From positions 38,379 through 102,378 of the forward strand of contig CAWDNL010000003.1 of the NCBI GenBank assembly GCA_963803745.1: DNA of 64,000 nucleotides, in the 5' to 3' direction. Positions 9,088 to 19,094 of the stretch are shown in pieces. The notes beneath the pieces are model-generated. The model searched no databases and was not told where the DNA came from. It saw only the letters and a program-made list of their open reading frames with translations. This DNA is from an uncultured Acidimicrobiaceae bacterium. GTDB taxonomy: Bacteria > Actinomycetota > Acidimicrobiia > Acidimicrobiales > RAAP-2. Numbering within the stretch: position 1 is the stretch's first letter; each line of letters opens with the position of its first letter. The translations under genes and the position numbers were made by a program.

Positions 9088-10101
9088 ATGAGTAAGTGGG
9101 ACGCAGAAGACAGCGCGAATCTGGGTGAATTCCGCCAGTCCCTTCGCGATCACCTACCCGGTGAACTTCCCGAGATCCAAGGGCTTCGAGAGCGCAAGAA
9201 GACTCTCATGCGTCAGCTCATCTCCGATACCGCGACGCTGTTATTTCTAGAGCGAGGCTTCGATGAGGTAACGATCAGTGAAATCGCGGCGGCCTGTGAT
9301 GTCTCAGAAAAGACCATCTACAACTACTTCCCCACCAAGGAGTCGCTCCTATTAGACCGCGAAGAAGAGTCAGCGCAGTGGATTCGAAGGGCCCTCGGCC
9401 CCGGCGCCGAACACGTCTCGCCGACCGACGCCGTGGTAAAAATTCTGTCCGACGAGATGGATCGCTTCGTCTCGCAGCTCGACAGCGCCACCGACGTGGA
9501 CTTTCATCTGATCCTGCGCTTCAACGACCTCATTGAATCGACACCGGCGTTGAAGGCCGCGCGCGCCGACATGATGGACCGGCTCGCCCAAGTGGCCGCC
9601 GAGGCTCTCGCCGCTCGTGCGGCGGTCGACCCGAATGACCCGGAGCCTCAGATCGCCGCCGACGCATTGCTCGGCCTCTGGCACATTTACTACCGAGCGA
9701 TCATCAAGTACTCCAACGAAGGGCTCCCCCTGAGTGGAATACGTGACGCCGTGATGAACGACGTTCGACGAGCTGGTCGACTCATCGACACCGGTCTGTG
9801 GTCCTTCGCGACGGTGGTACAGGGAGAAAGCGGTCGCCAACAGTTCAAAGCCGCCTCCGATGCGTCGATCGAAGCCCGGCGCCAAGTAATGAACGCCATA
9901 AAAGAAGCTCGCGACGCGTGGCGAGTCCTCAAAACCGAAGTGGAAAGCCGGGGCCGCGAAGAGCGCGACTCGATGCGACGGACGCACGAGCAGATGCATC
10001 GAGACGCTCAAGAGATCAAACGCCTGGCCCAGCGCCAGCGCCAGGAACTAAAGCAGGCCGTCAAGCAGGCTCGTAAGTCAGGCCGTCCGAAGAGTTCCTA
10101 G
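9088..10101 (+). CDS. TetR-family transcriptional regulator with a long charged C-terminal extension
   Basis: N-terminal HTH (ERGFDEVTISEIAAACDVSEKTIYNYFPTKE). At 337 aa it is about 110 aa longer than typical TetR proteins, and the tail is Arg/Glu/Gln/Lys-rich. Confidence 0.85.
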   Translation: MSKWDAEDSANLGEFRQSLRDHLPGELPEIQGLRERKKTLMRQLISDTATLLFLERGFDEVTISEIAAACDVSEKTIYNYFPTKESLLLDREEESAQWIRRALGPGAEHVSPTDAVVKILSDEMDRFVSQLDSATDVDFHLILRFNDLIESTPALKAARADMMDRLAQVAAEALAARAAVDPNDPEPQIAADALLGLWHIYYRAIIKYSNEGLPLSGIRDAVMNDVRRAGRLIDTGLWSFATVVQGESGRQQFKAASDASIEARRQVMNAIKEARDAWRVLKTEVESRGREERDSMRRTHEQMHRDAQEIKRLAQRQRQELKQAVKQARKSGRPKSS

Positions 10102-10223
10102 GCGCCGTCGAGAGCCCGCGCGAATAGGTTTCGCTCGACGCCATTTAGTCTCAGGAAAGAGATCTCGAGTCGAACTACTTCGAGCCTCTGAAACATTCTT
10201 TGGAGCCAAGGGAGAAGGCAGAT

Positions 10224-10607
10224 ATGAATGCTCAGGAACTGCTGACCAAGGCCAGCAACAATCTCTCGGTAGCGCGCGCCTTTGGCAAGGCGTACGAGAA
10301 GGACGGGCTGTACATCATTCCGGTCGCCTTGGTGGCGGGGGGTGGAGGCGGCGGCGAAGGGCCCGCGGGCCCGGGGTCGACGTCGAGCGAGGCTGACAAG
10401 GCCGTCGAAGACGAAGGGGATTCGTCGAACCCATCGGGTGCTGGATTCGGAGGCGTGGTCTTGCCCATGGGCGCCTACGTCGTGAAAGACGAAGAGGTTC
10501 GCTGGGTGCCTGCGGTGCACGTCACCTTGATCGCGCTCGCCGCAATCGGCTTGCTTCGACTCATTGCAAGATCGTCTTTTAAGTCTCACCAGCGTCATCA
10601 CGGTTAA
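10224..10607 (+). CDS. GerW/YtfJ-like protein with a C-terminal membrane anchor
   Basis: Pattern AFG-x-AYEKDGLYIIPVA, a Gly run, then GFGG...P-x-GAYVVKDEEVRWVPAV, followed by a TM segment. I prefer the ATG at 10224 (GGGAGAAGG 5 nt upstream) over the TTG at 10200. Confidence 0.6.
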   Translation: MNAQELLTKASNNLSVARAFGKAYEKDGLYIIPVALVAGGGGGGEGPAGPGSTSSEADKAVEDEGDSSNPSGAGFGGVVLPMGAYVVKDEEVRWVPAVHVTLIALAAIGLLRLIARSSFKSHQRHHG

Positions 10608-10676
10608 AGAGACGCTGAAAACAACAGCCCAACAACTTTCTGTCGTTCATCAAATATTCCACTCCCCTCACCTAAC

Positions 10677-10982
10677 GTGGAGTGCGTGAAACTTGACGTG
10701 TATCGCAGCTGCTCTCGTAAGGAGAAGGGCGAGGTACTCAACGTCTTCTGGCACTCGAACGTGCAGGCACCGGCGCGCATTCAGCTGGCCGCCGTGCAGT
10801 ACGGCCCTTACGCCGTCATCTGCCTTATCGCTGTAGCCCTTGAGTTGGCCCTGATCATCGGCCTTTCCATGAGCCGTGCCGATGTCGTGGGTGCCGTGGC
10901 CGCGATCTTCGAAGCGCTCGTGGTGGTCTCACTGTGGTGGGCGCTCGTGCGAACTCGCAGCATGCGTCGCGAGGTTCGTTGA
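10677..10982 (+). CDS. Small hypothetical membrane protein (two predicted TM segments); start uncertain
   Basis: The ORF has GC3-biased codons and two hydrophobic stretches (YAVICLIAVALELALIIGL and VVGAVAAIFEALVVVSLWWALV). I recognise no family. Confidence 0.35.
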   Translation: MECVKLDVYRSCSRKEKGEVLNVFWHSNVQAPARIQLAAVQYGPYAVICLIAVALELALIIGLSMSRADVVGAVAAIFEALVVVSLWWALVRTRSMRREVR

Positions 10983-11011
10983 CTCTCTAGTAGTTCGAGA
11001 GCATCCGGCTG

Positions 11012-11497
11012 TTACGTAGCCAACGCGTCGCTTGTTGACGCACCGACATTCTGACCGTCAATCGCTTTGCGAAGTAAGTGAGCGAGCTTCGCTCGCTCCT
11101 CTTCATTCAATGCGCCGAGGATTTCGTCCTCGAGTGTCTGTTGCGCCGCTTCCGCGCGATGCAGAGCATTGCGCCCTTCGTCGGTCATGGACACCAAGTG
11201 GCGACGTCGATCCGTAGGATCGCGACGACGCTCGACTAGATCGGCCGACTCGAGGTCGTTGAGTAACAGCACGCAGTAGTTGGTGTCAATGCACAGACCT
11301 TCGACGAGCGCCTGCTGCGTGGTCTCGTCGTAGTCGCGCAGATACGAGAGCGCGGCGAGCTCCTTCAGGGTTTGACCGATCAACTCGGGCGAGCTTTGTC
11401 GGCTTATGAGACGTGACAACTGGGTGAGCAGCAGGATCGGTCCGGTGGACGAATTTTCATCCATAGAACTTAATGGTAGTGATGTGTCGATATTCAT
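11012..11497 (-). CDS. MarR-family transcriptional regulator
   Basis: 161 aa. Winged-helix core LNDLESADLVERRRDPTDRRRHLVSMTDEGR. Divergent from an MFS efflux gene. Confidence 0.85.
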   Translation of the reverse strand: MNIDTSLPLSSMDENSSTGPILLLTQLSRLISRQSSPELIGQTLKELAALSYLRDYDETTQQALVEGLCIDTNYCVLLLNDLESADLVERRRDPTDRRRHLVSMTDEGRNALHRAEAAQQTLEDEILGALNEEERAKLAHLLRKAIDGQNVGASTSDALAT

Positions 11498-11577
11498 GCT
11501 ATCATGATTATAACGCTTACGCGATCATAAAGATACGCAGCTGATAGTTCCCACCCTAGCAACGAAGGATTCCAACA

Positions 11578-13083
11578 ATGACTCAAATTTCTGCGACTTC
11601 ACCAGGAACAATCGATCGGCGACGCTGGATCGCCCTCATCGTCGTCTGCCTGGCCATGCTCATGAGCGCCCTCGACTCCTCCATCGTGAACGTGGCGCTG
11701 CCCTCAATCCAGCGAAGCCTTCACTTCTCACAGTCGGGCCTCACGTGGGTCGTGGACGCCTACCTCATCGCCTTTGGCAGCTTTCTTCTCCTCGCGGGAC
11801 GCCTCGGCGACCTGCTCGGGCGAAAGAAAGTCTTTCTCAGCGGCGTCGCGCTCTTTACCACGTCGTCACTCATCTGCGCGCTCGCCCAGAACCAGGCGAC
11901 GCTAATCACCGCGCGTTTCTTTCAAGGTCTCGGCGGTGCAGTGTCGACATCGGTCATTGTCGCGATCATCGTCACTGAGTTCACCGGGGCGGCCGACCGC
12001 GCCAAAGCCATGAGTTCCTACCTGTTTGTCGCCGTTGGCGGCGGATCGATCGGCCTTCTCGTCGGTGGCGTCTTGACTCAAGCGGTCAACTGGCACTGGA
12101 TCTTCGTGATCAACGTGCCCATCGGCGTCATCACGCTCGTCTTGGGTTCGCTGCTCATACAAGAGAACGAGGGTTTGGGCGTACGCGAAGGCATAGACAT
12201 CACCGGTTCACTGTTGATGACCGCGTCACTCATCCTCGGGATCTACGCGATTGTGACTTCGTCGACCTACGGATGGCTCTCCTCGCACACACTCGGCTTC
12301 GGTGCCGGAGCGCTTGCGCTCGCCAGTGTGTTCATCTTCGTCGAGTCACGCGTCGCCAAGCCCATCATGCCGATGCGAATTCTGCGACTTCGCAGCCTCA
12401 CCGCGTCCAGTGTGGTGCGAGGGTTGACTTTCTCCGCGATGTTCGCCGTCTTCTTCTTCGGCGCTCTCTACATGGAGAAGGTGTTGGGCTATGGGCCGCT
12501 ACACACGGGGATCGCCTTCTTGCCGATGACCCTCGCGATGGCCGCCATGTCGCTCGGCGTCACGAGCCGTCTGCTCGTTCGCTACGGCCCCATGAAGCTG
12601 CTCGTTGCCGGTATGACCGCGGTCATCACCGGCTTGCTGCTCCTGTCGCGCACCGGCGTGCACGCTGACTACGCGACGTCGATCTTGCCCGCCCTGTTGT
12701 TGCTCGGTGTCGGCATGAGCATCTCGGCCGTGCCGCTGCTGACTATCGCCATGGCGGACGTACCGAAGACCGAAGCCGGCCTCGCCTCGGGCATCGTGAA
12801 CGTGTCGATGTGGCTTGCATCTTCCGCCGCGTTGGCGATCTTCGGCACGCTCGCCGCCAGTCGCACGCGGGCTTTGTCCATCCCGGGCACGAGTCTTAAC
12901 AGCGCGCTGGTCGCCGGATACCACGAGACGTTCTTCATCGGCGCACTCTTCGCCGCCGTCGGACTTCTCGTGACCGTCGTGGTCCTGCGCGCCCCGGCGA
13001 AAGACGTGCTCGACGCTCGCGAGTTGGCTTCCTTCGATGCGGGCGAACTAGAGGAGTTCGACCTGGCCGTTGCCGAGTTCTAG
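11578..13083 (+). CDS. MFS transporter, DHA2 (EmrB/QacA, 14-TMS) family
   Basis: 501 aa. Motif GRLGDLLGRKKVF (MFS motif A) and about 14 hydrophobic segments. Confidence 0.9.
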   Translation: MTQISATSPGTIDRRRWIALIVVCLAMLMSALDSSIVNVALPSIQRSLHFSQSGLTWVVDAYLIAFGSFLLLAGRLGDLLGRKKVFLSGVALFTTSSLICALAQNQATLITARFFQGLGGAVSTSVIVAIIVTEFTGAADRAKAMSSYLFVAVGGGSIGLLVGGVLTQAVNWHWIFVINVPIGVITLVLGSLLIQENEGLGVREGIDITGSLLMTASLILGIYAIVTSSTYGWLSSHTLGFGAGALALASVFIFVESRVAKPIMPMRILRLRSLTASSVVRGLTFSAMFAVFFFGALYMEKVLGYGPLHTGIAFLPMTLAMAAMSLGVTSRLLVRYGPMKLLVAGMTAVITGLLLLSRTGVHADYATSILPALLLLGVGMSISAVPLLTIAMADVPKTEAGLASGIVNVSMWLASSAALAIFGTLAASRTRALSIPGTSLNSALVAGYHETFFIGALFAAVGLLVTVVVLRAPAKDVLDARELASFDAGELEEFDLAVAEF

Positions 13084-13118
13084 GCAAAAGAAAAGCCCAA
13101 CACAACGTCGACCGGCAC

Positions 13119-14162
13119 TTGTACGCTCAGCCTGTGGAAACTTACGTCCCTTCACCCACCCGGTACGATGCCGACTTCTATCGACGCTGCGGCCGCAGCG
13201 GGCTCAAGTTGCCGCCCATCTCACTCGGCCTTTGGCATAACTTCGGCGACGATCGCCCCATGGACACCCAGCGCGCCATCGTTCGTCGTGCCTTTGACCT
13301 CGGCATTACGCACTTTGACCTCGCCAACAACTACGGACCGCCATACGGGAGCGCCGAGATCAACTTCGGACGACTCTTGCGCGAGGACTTCGCCTCGCTG
13401 CGCGATCAACTCGTTATCTCCACCAAGGCCGGCTGGGATATGTGGCCCGGTCCCTACGGTGACCTCGGGAGCCGCAAATACCTCCTCGCGAGTCTCGATC
13501 AGAGCCTCGCTCGCCTGGGCCTCGACTACGTCGACATCTTCTACCACCACCACTTCGACCCCACCACCCCGCTCGAGGAGTCTCTCGGCGCGCTCGACAC
13601 CGCGGTACGACAAGGCAAGGCCCTCTACGTCGGCATCTCTTCCTACTCCGATGAGCGAACGCGAGAAGCGATTGACATTTTGCGCAGCCTCGGCACGCCC
13701 CTGCTCATCCACCAGCCCTCGTACTCGATGTTGAATCGCTGGATCGAGCAGCACCTCCTTGAGGTGCTCGGTGAGGCGGGCGTGGGGTGTATTGCCTTCT
13801 CTCCCCTCGCCCAGGGTCTCTTGACCGATCGTTACCTCAGCGGGATCCCGGAAGGTTCGCGGGCCTCCAAGGGAACGTCACTCACGAACGACATGTTGAG
13901 TAAAGAAAATCTCGATCACGTGCGCGCTCTGCGTGAGATCGCAATCACGCGCGGGCAGTCGCTCTCCCAGATGGCCTTGGCGTGGGCGCTGCGCGATCCG
14001 CGAGTGACGTCGCTACTGATCGGCGCCAGCAGCGTCGCACAACTAGAAGAGAACCTGGGCGCGCTTGACAATCTGTCCTTCACCAACGAAGAACTCGCCA
14101 AAATCGACCAGTACGCGGTCGAAAGTGGCATCGACTTGTGGCGTGGTCCCGCGACGAGCTGA
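13119..14162 (+). CDS. Aldo/keto reductase (YghZ / L-glyceraldehyde-3-phosphate reductase-like)
   Basis: 347 aa. YRRCGRSGLKLPPISLGLWHNFG N-terminus, DLANNYGPPYGSAE, and the LLIGASS C-terminal motif. Confidence 0.9.
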   Translation: MYAQPVETYVPSPTRYDADFYRRCGRSGLKLPPISLGLWHNFGDDRPMDTQRAIVRRAFDLGITHFDLANNYGPPYGSAEINFGRLLREDFASLRDQLVISTKAGWDMWPGPYGDLGSRKYLLASLDQSLARLGLDYVDIFYHHHFDPTTPLEESLGALDTAVRQGKALYVGISSYSDERTREAIDILRSLGTPLLIHQPSYSMLNRWIEQHLLEVLGEAGVGCIAFSPLAQGLLTDRYLSGIPEGSRASKGTSLTNDMLSKENLDHVRALREIAITRGQSLSQMALAWALRDPRVTSLLIGASSVAQLEENLGALDNLSFTNEELAKIDQYAVESGIDLWRGPATS

Positions 14163-14294
14163 ATTGTTGGGCGACAGCAGTAACGCTCTTGATTGTCTTT
14201 GAATCCGTGACCCGCACAAGAGTTTGCGCACGTAACGGACGGCGATCATTGGTCTAGATAGGATGCGAGACAGCACCGGGGGAAGGAACGATCG

Positions 14295-15494
14295 TTGGAA
14301 ACGACGAGAAGTGAAAATGGCTCCGCGAACGGCCAGGCATCAAATACCGCGGCCGTTCGCCTCGAAAACGTCACCAAACAGTTCAAATCGATGGTGGCCG
14401 TCGACGATCTCACGCTGGAGTTGGCACAAGGTGAATTCTTTGCGCTGCTCGGGCCATCGGGCTGCGGGAAGACGACGACGCTACGAATGGTGGGCGGCTT
14501 CGAACAGCCCACCAGCGGAAAGATCTACTTGGGCGGCGAGGACATCACCTGGACGCCACCGTACCGTCGCGATGTCAACACGGTGTTTCAGTCCTACGCG
14601 CTCTTCCCGCACCTCAGCGTCTTTGACAACGTTGCCTTCGGCCTTCGGCGAAAGCGCGTGGACAAAAGTGAGATTCGTCGTCTCGTCGAAGAGCACCTCG
14701 ACCTCTTAGGACTCGGCGGCTTCGGTCCGCGGCCCTCGACGCAACTCTCGGGCGGTCAGCAACAGCGCGTCGCGCTCGCACGGGCCCTCGTCAATCAGCC
14801 TCGGGTGCTGCTGCTCGATGAGCCCATGGGGGCGCTGGACGCCAAGATTCGCAAAACCATGCAACTTGAACTCAAGCGGATCCAACGCGAAGTGGGTATC
14901 ACCTTTTTGTACGTGACGCACGATCAGGACGAAGCGATGGCGCTTGGCGATCGCCTCGCGGTCATGCACTCGGGCCGTTACGAAGATTTGGGAGAGCCCC
15001 AGCGCGTCTACGACGAACCGGCCACGCAGTTTGTCGCGGAGTTTCTCGGCGCCTGCAACTTGTTGCCCGTCACCCCCGATCATGACCGGTTCAAACTGCC
15101 GGACGGAGCGATCATCGGCTCGCGGCTCGGCTCAATGAAGGCTGCGCCCCAACTCACGCGTCAAGTGGGCGTGCGGCCCGAAAAGATGCAGCTACGACGC
15201 GCCGTCGCTGACGTCGTCGAACCCTCGAGTGACTCTGTGAATCGAATTGGCGCAACGGTGGACTCGGTCGTGTATCTCGGCGCGACCTCGGAGTACGAAC
15301 TGACGACGTCGTGGGGTGGAGGCCTGCACGTGCTGGCTCAAAACATCAACGAGGGCGATCGCCTTCGCCCGGGCGATCGAATCGTGGCCTCCTGGCTCGT
15401 CGAACACGGCTTCGCGCTACCCGCGGCCGACTCGACGCCGCCGCCGAAAGAAGAGCCAACCGCAGAGGTAAAGGAGGCCTCCCGTGTCTCCTGA
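14295..15494 (+). CDS. potA: Spermidine/putrescine-type ABC importer ATP-binding protein
   Basis: GPSGCGKTT, LSGGQQQRVALARAL, LLLDEP, and a PotA/MalK-like C-terminal regulatory domain. TTG start with GGGGGAAGG upstream. Confidence 0.88.
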   Translation: METTRSENGSANGQASNTAAVRLENVTKQFKSMVAVDDLTLELAQGEFFALLGPSGCGKTTTLRMVGGFEQPTSGKIYLGGEDITWTPPYRRDVNTVFQSYALFPHLSVFDNVAFGLRRKRVDKSEIRRLVEEHLDLLGLGGFGPRPSTQLSGGQQQRVALARALVNQPRVLLLDEPMGALDAKIRKTMQLELKRIQREVGITFLYVTHDQDEAMALGDRLAVMHSGRYEDLGEPQRVYDEPATQFVAEFLGACNLLPVTPDHDRFKLPDGAIIGSRLGSMKAAPQLTRQVGVRPEKMQLRRAVADVVEPSSDSVNRIGATVDSVVYLGATSEYELTTSWGGGLHVLAQNINEGDRLRPGDRIVASWLVEHGFALPAADSTPPPKEEPTAEVKEASRVS

Positions 15495-16737
15495 ACTGCG
15501 CGGCGAGGAACCTGTTCCCTCGCTCGACCCGGCGCTACTTCGGGGACTGAGCGAGCGACGCATGCCCCGACGAACGCTGCTGCGCACGGGCGGGCTCGGC
15601 GTCGGACTCGTTGGACTCTCGGCGCTCTTGTCGGCCTGCGGCATCGAAGGATCGGAAGCTCGCGAGGGTGCGCACCGAGTGAATTGGGCGGCGTACTGGC
15701 GAGAGCAAAAGCGAACCGGACAGCTCAACTTCGCCAACTGGCCGCTCTACATCGACTCCGAGCACGGCAAGTCCGAGTCGTTGGAGGACTTTACCAAGGC
15801 GACGGGAATCAAAGTCGACTACGAAGCAGTCATTCAAAATAACGCGCCGTTTTACGCCACCATTGAGCCGCTGCTCGCGGCAGAAGAGTCGACCGGTTAC
15901 GACATCATGGTGATGACCAACGGGTGGTACCTCACCCAACTCATAAACAGCAACTTCCTTGTCGAGTTGGATCACGCAAAAATACCGAACTTTGCCACTT
16001 ACGCGAGTCCTCTGGTGAAGAGTCCCAACTACGACCCTGGCAATAAGTACTCGGTAACCTGGCAGACGGGCTTCACCGGCATCGCCTACAACACCAAATA
16101 CATCACGCGTCCCATTACCAGCATCAACGACCTCGCCGACCCCGCCTTCAAGGGTCACGTGGGCATGATGAACGACAACACTGAAATCGGCAGCGTCGCT
16201 CTTCTTCGAGAGGGCATCAAACCTGAAAACTCCACGCAAGAACAGTGGCAGAAGTCAACGAAGTGGCTGGAGAAGCAGCGTGAATTGGTGCTCGGTTACT
16301 ACGACCAGAGCTACATCCAGTACCTGGAGAATGACGACACCTGGATCACCCAAGCCTGGTCGGGGGACATCTTTCAAGCGAATCTTTCGGGATATCCCCA
16401 CCTCAAGTACGTGGTTCCCATAGAGGGCCAGATGGTCTGGCACGACAACATGATTATTCCCCGACAGACTCAGAATCCACTCAGCGCACTGGCCTGGATG
16501 AACTTTTACTACACCCCCAAAATCGCGGCCATCGTGGAGAACTGGGTGAACTACGTGTGTCCCGTACCCGATGCGCAGGAGTACATCTCCACCGTGCTTA
16601 AAGACCCGCAAGTTGCCAACAGCCCTCTCGTCTTTCCGCCGCCGTCCATCAACATGCAGTCAAACGACTACTACGTGTACAAGGACTACAGCGAGTACGA
16701 AGCGTGGAATGACATCTACAACCCGATCCTCGAATGA
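15484..16737 (+). CDS. potD: Polyamine-type ABC substrate-binding lipoprotein with Tat-like signal
   Basis: The signal MPRRTLLRTGGLGVGLVGLSALLSAC-G combines a twin-Arg motif with a lipobox. PotD/PotF-like body. The start may be the internal ATG at 15562 rather than 15484. Confidence 0.85.
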   Translation: MSPELRGEEPVPSLDPALLRGLSERRMPRRTLLRTGGLGVGLVGLSALLSACGIEGSEAREGAHRVNWAAYWREQKRTGQLNFANWPLYIDSEHGKSESLEDFTKATGIKVDYEAVIQNNAPFYATIEPLLAAEESTGYDIMVMTNGWYLTQLINSNFLVELDHAKIPNFATYASPLVKSPNYDPGNKYSVTWQTGFTGIAYNTKYITRPITSINDLADPAFKGHVGMMNDNTEIGSVALLREGIKPENSTQEQWQKSTKWLEKQRELVLGYYDQSYIQYLENDDTWITQAWSGDIFQANLSGYPHLKYVVPIEGQMVWHDNMIIPRQTQNPLSALAWMNFYYTPKIAAIVENWVNYVCPVPDAQEYISTVLKDPQVANSPLVFPPPSINMQSNDYYVYKDYSEYEAWNDIYNPILE

Positions 16738-17654
16738 CCATCGCTGAGAGCGCACCTCGGGTAGCAACCCCTAGTCGACGGCCTTCGTGGTTGAAACGTC
16801 ACAGTTCGCCCTACGTCCTCAGCCTCATCGGCGGAGGCTGGATGCTGGCGTTCTTCCTAATCCCCCTGGTCTCGGGACTGATCGTGTCGCTCGAGACCGG
16901 CAATCCGCTCACGGGATATCACCTCACGTGGAACTGGGACATCTATAAGCAACTCTTCGTCCACTCCGACATTCCCTACACCACGTTTATGCTTCGCTCG
17001 CTCTGGTACGGCCTCGCGACGACCATTCTCTCGATCATCATCGCCTACCCCATGGCGTACTACATCGCCTTCAAGGTGCAGGCTCGCTGGAAGAGTCCGC
17101 TGCTCTTTTTGGTTCTGCTGTCTTTCTTCGTGTCCTTCGTCATTCGAACCGACATGTGGTCGTTCATTCTCTCTAACCAGGGCATCGTCATCACCGCGCT
17201 GCGCAAAGTGCACCTGGTGAATGCGAACTTCCACATCCTCGGCACCTCCGACGCGGTCATCGGCGGCGACGTCTACAACAACTTGGCCTTCATGGTGCTG
17301 CCGATCTACGTGGCCCTTGAACGCATCGACGGACGAATTCTCGAAGCGGCGCGGGACCTCTACTCGAGCGGTCGCGAGGTCTTTCTCCGAGTGGTCTTGC
17401 CGCTCTCGCGCGCGGGAATCTTCGCGGGCATCTTGCTCGTCTTCATCACCACCGTGGGCGACCCGGTCGTCTCTTCGCTGCTCGGTGGCGTCGGCACGTA
17501 CACCATCGGTCAGGCCATTCAAGACTCCTACCTGACCAACCAACAGTTCAACGTGGCGGCCGCCCTTTCCACCGCGTTGATGGTCGTCCTCGGCCTCGTG
17601 ATGTTCATCTACGCCAAGGTCTTTGGTACCCAAAACATCGAGAATCTGGTCTGA
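16734..17654 (+). CDS. potB: ABC transporter permease (PotB-like)
   Basis: 306 aa, 6 TM, EAA-like loop LEAARDLYSSGREVFLRVVLP. 4-nt overlap with potD. Confidence 0.9.
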   Translation: MTIAESAPRVATPSRRPSWLKRHSSPYVLSLIGGGWMLAFFLIPLVSGLIVSLETGNPLTGYHLTWNWDIYKQLFVHSDIPYTTFMLRSLWYGLATTILSIIIAYPMAYYIAFKVQARWKSPLLFLVLLSFFVSFVIRTDMWSFILSNQGIVITALRKVHLVNANFHILGTSDAVIGGDVYNNLAFMVLPIYVALERIDGRILEAARDLYSSGREVFLRVVLPLSRAGIFAGILLVFITTVGDPVVSSLLGGVGTYTIGQAIQDSYLTNQQFNVAAALSTALMVVLGLVMFIYAKVFGTQNIENLV

Positions 17655-17655
17655 G

Positions 17656-18555
17656 ATGGCGTCCTTAGTTCGCGGCCAAGAGCGTAAACAGCGAAGCCCG
17701 TGGCTTGCGGGCTTCTACTGGCTAATCATCTTCGTCACCTTCGTGCCCATCATCGTGATGGTGCTTTATAGCTTCAATAACGCACCGACCAGTCGCATCA
17801 CTTTTGCCTGGAACGGCTTCACCACGTACTGGTACCGCAACCTGACCCAGGTGGACGGACTCTCGCACGCCTTCGTGACGTCCCTGGAGGTTGCCCTTAT
17901 CTCCTCGGTGGTCTCGGTTGCTATCGGTACACCGCTCTCCATGGCGCTCAGTCGCTATCGCTTCTGGGGCAAGGGACTGCTGAGTTCAATGGTCTTCGCC
18001 GACATCGCCGCGCCCGCCATTGTGGTAGGCGCCGCGTCGCTGTCTTTCTTTCTCTCGATCAACCTCGACACGGGACTATTGACAATACTTATTGCGCACA
18101 TTGCCTTTAACGTCGCCTACGTCGTCGTGGTGGTTCGCGCTCGACTCTCGGGTATGGACAGCGCCATCGAAGACGCCGCTCGAGACCTCGGGGCGAATCC
18201 CTTCACAACCTTCTTTAAGGTCACCCTGCCCCTCTTGTGGCCGGCGCTCTTGGCCGCCGGACTTCTCGCCTTCGCGATGTCAATTGACGACTACGTGATC
18301 ACCAGTTTTGTCGCGGGTTCGACCATCACGTTCCCGCTCTTCGTGTACGGCGCCGCCAAGGTGGGCCTGCCGCCGCAAGTGCTCTGCTTCGGCACGATCA
18401 TCTTCTTCGTCGGTCTTCTCCTGGCCTTCGCCAATGGACTACTCAACCGTCATCACTTGGCCGCCCGCGCGACGACTGAAGACGCGCTCGCTGGCGTCGC
18501 GGAAACGGAGCCAGAACGGCTTAGGCCCGTGGAGGCGCTCGAAGGGGTTACGTGA
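17656..18555 (+). CDS. potC: ABC transporter permease (PotC-like)
   Basis: EAA loop IEDAARDLGANPFTTFFKVTLP. The ATG at 17656 lies 1 nt after the potB stop, so I prefer it over the ORF-track start at 17623. Confidence 0.85.
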   Translation: MASLVRGQERKQRSPWLAGFYWLIIFVTFVPIIVMVLYSFNNAPTSRITFAWNGFTTYWYRNLTQVDGLSHAFVTSLEVALISSVVSVAIGTPLSMALSRYRFWGKGLLSSMVFADIAAPAIVVGAASLSFFLSINLDTGLLTILIAHIAFNVAYVVVVVRARLSGMDSAIEDAARDLGANPFTTFFKVTLPLLWPALLAAGLLAFAMSIDDYVITSFVAGSTITFPLFVYGAAKVGLPPQVLCFGTIIFFVGLLLAFANGLLNRHHLAARATTEDALAGVAETEPERLRPVEALEGVT

Positions 18556-19091
18556 GAAGAGTCGAGATCGAGTCTCGACTCAACGACAGCCGAAACTGGC
18601 TCCTCGCGACCTACGAGGGACTAACCGAGGAGCAGCTCCGCGCTCCGCTCACCCAAAGTCAGCACGATCCCCACAGCTACTGGAGCGCCCTCGACCACTT
18701 TGCACACCTCGCGCTGATTGAACGCGACTTTGCCGAGATGATCCGTCGACAATTATCAGGCGAGCAGAACCCGGTAGGTCTCCTCAAGGATGACAGCGGA
18801 GTAGAGCGCACGAGAGAGCAGATCATGGCAATCGTCAACGCACGAACCGAACGCTTTCAAGTGAACCATCACGACGACTCACTGACGCAGGTCATTGCGT
18901 TAACCGGACACGCCCGAGCGGAGACCTTGGCGTTACTCTCTGAACTCTCCGACGAACAGCTCACGGAGCGTCTTGAAGGCGCGCCGTGGTCAGACGGAAC
19001 GATCGGCGGCGTGCTCGCGACAAACGCTTTGCACGCGAAACAGCACCGACACTGGATGGACGAGGCGGGATTCCTGGGCGACACCGTCTAA
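18552..19091 (+). CDS. DinB-family (four-helix bundle, metal-binding) protein
   Basis: 179 aa with a His triad pattern (HFAHL, HARAE, HAKQHRHW). GTGA start/stop overlap with potC. Confidence 0.75.
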   Translation: MRRVEIESRLNDSRNWLLATYEGLTEEQLRAPLTQSQHDPHSYWSALDHFAHLALIERDFAEMIRRQLSGEQNPVGLLKDDSGVERTREQIMAIVNARTERFQVNHHDDSLTQVIALTGHARAETLALLSELSDEQLTERLEGAPWSDGTIGGVLATNALHAKQHRHWMDEAGFLGDTV

Positions 19092-19094
19092 GGC

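Noticed and set aside
10098-10601. A 167-aa minus-strand ORF covering the GerW-like gene region.
   Set aside because: It has no motifs and an Arg-rich composition. The plus-strand frame has a recognisable GerW/YtfJ pattern and a good SD sequence.
11498-11577. Candidate MarR operator in the MarR/MFS divergent region: ATCATGAT palindrome at 11501-11508, CTATCA...TGATAG arms and an ATCAT direct repeat.
   Set aside because: There are only short (6-8 bp) or widely spaced symmetries and no convincing 16-20 bp dyad. This is not strong enough to call.
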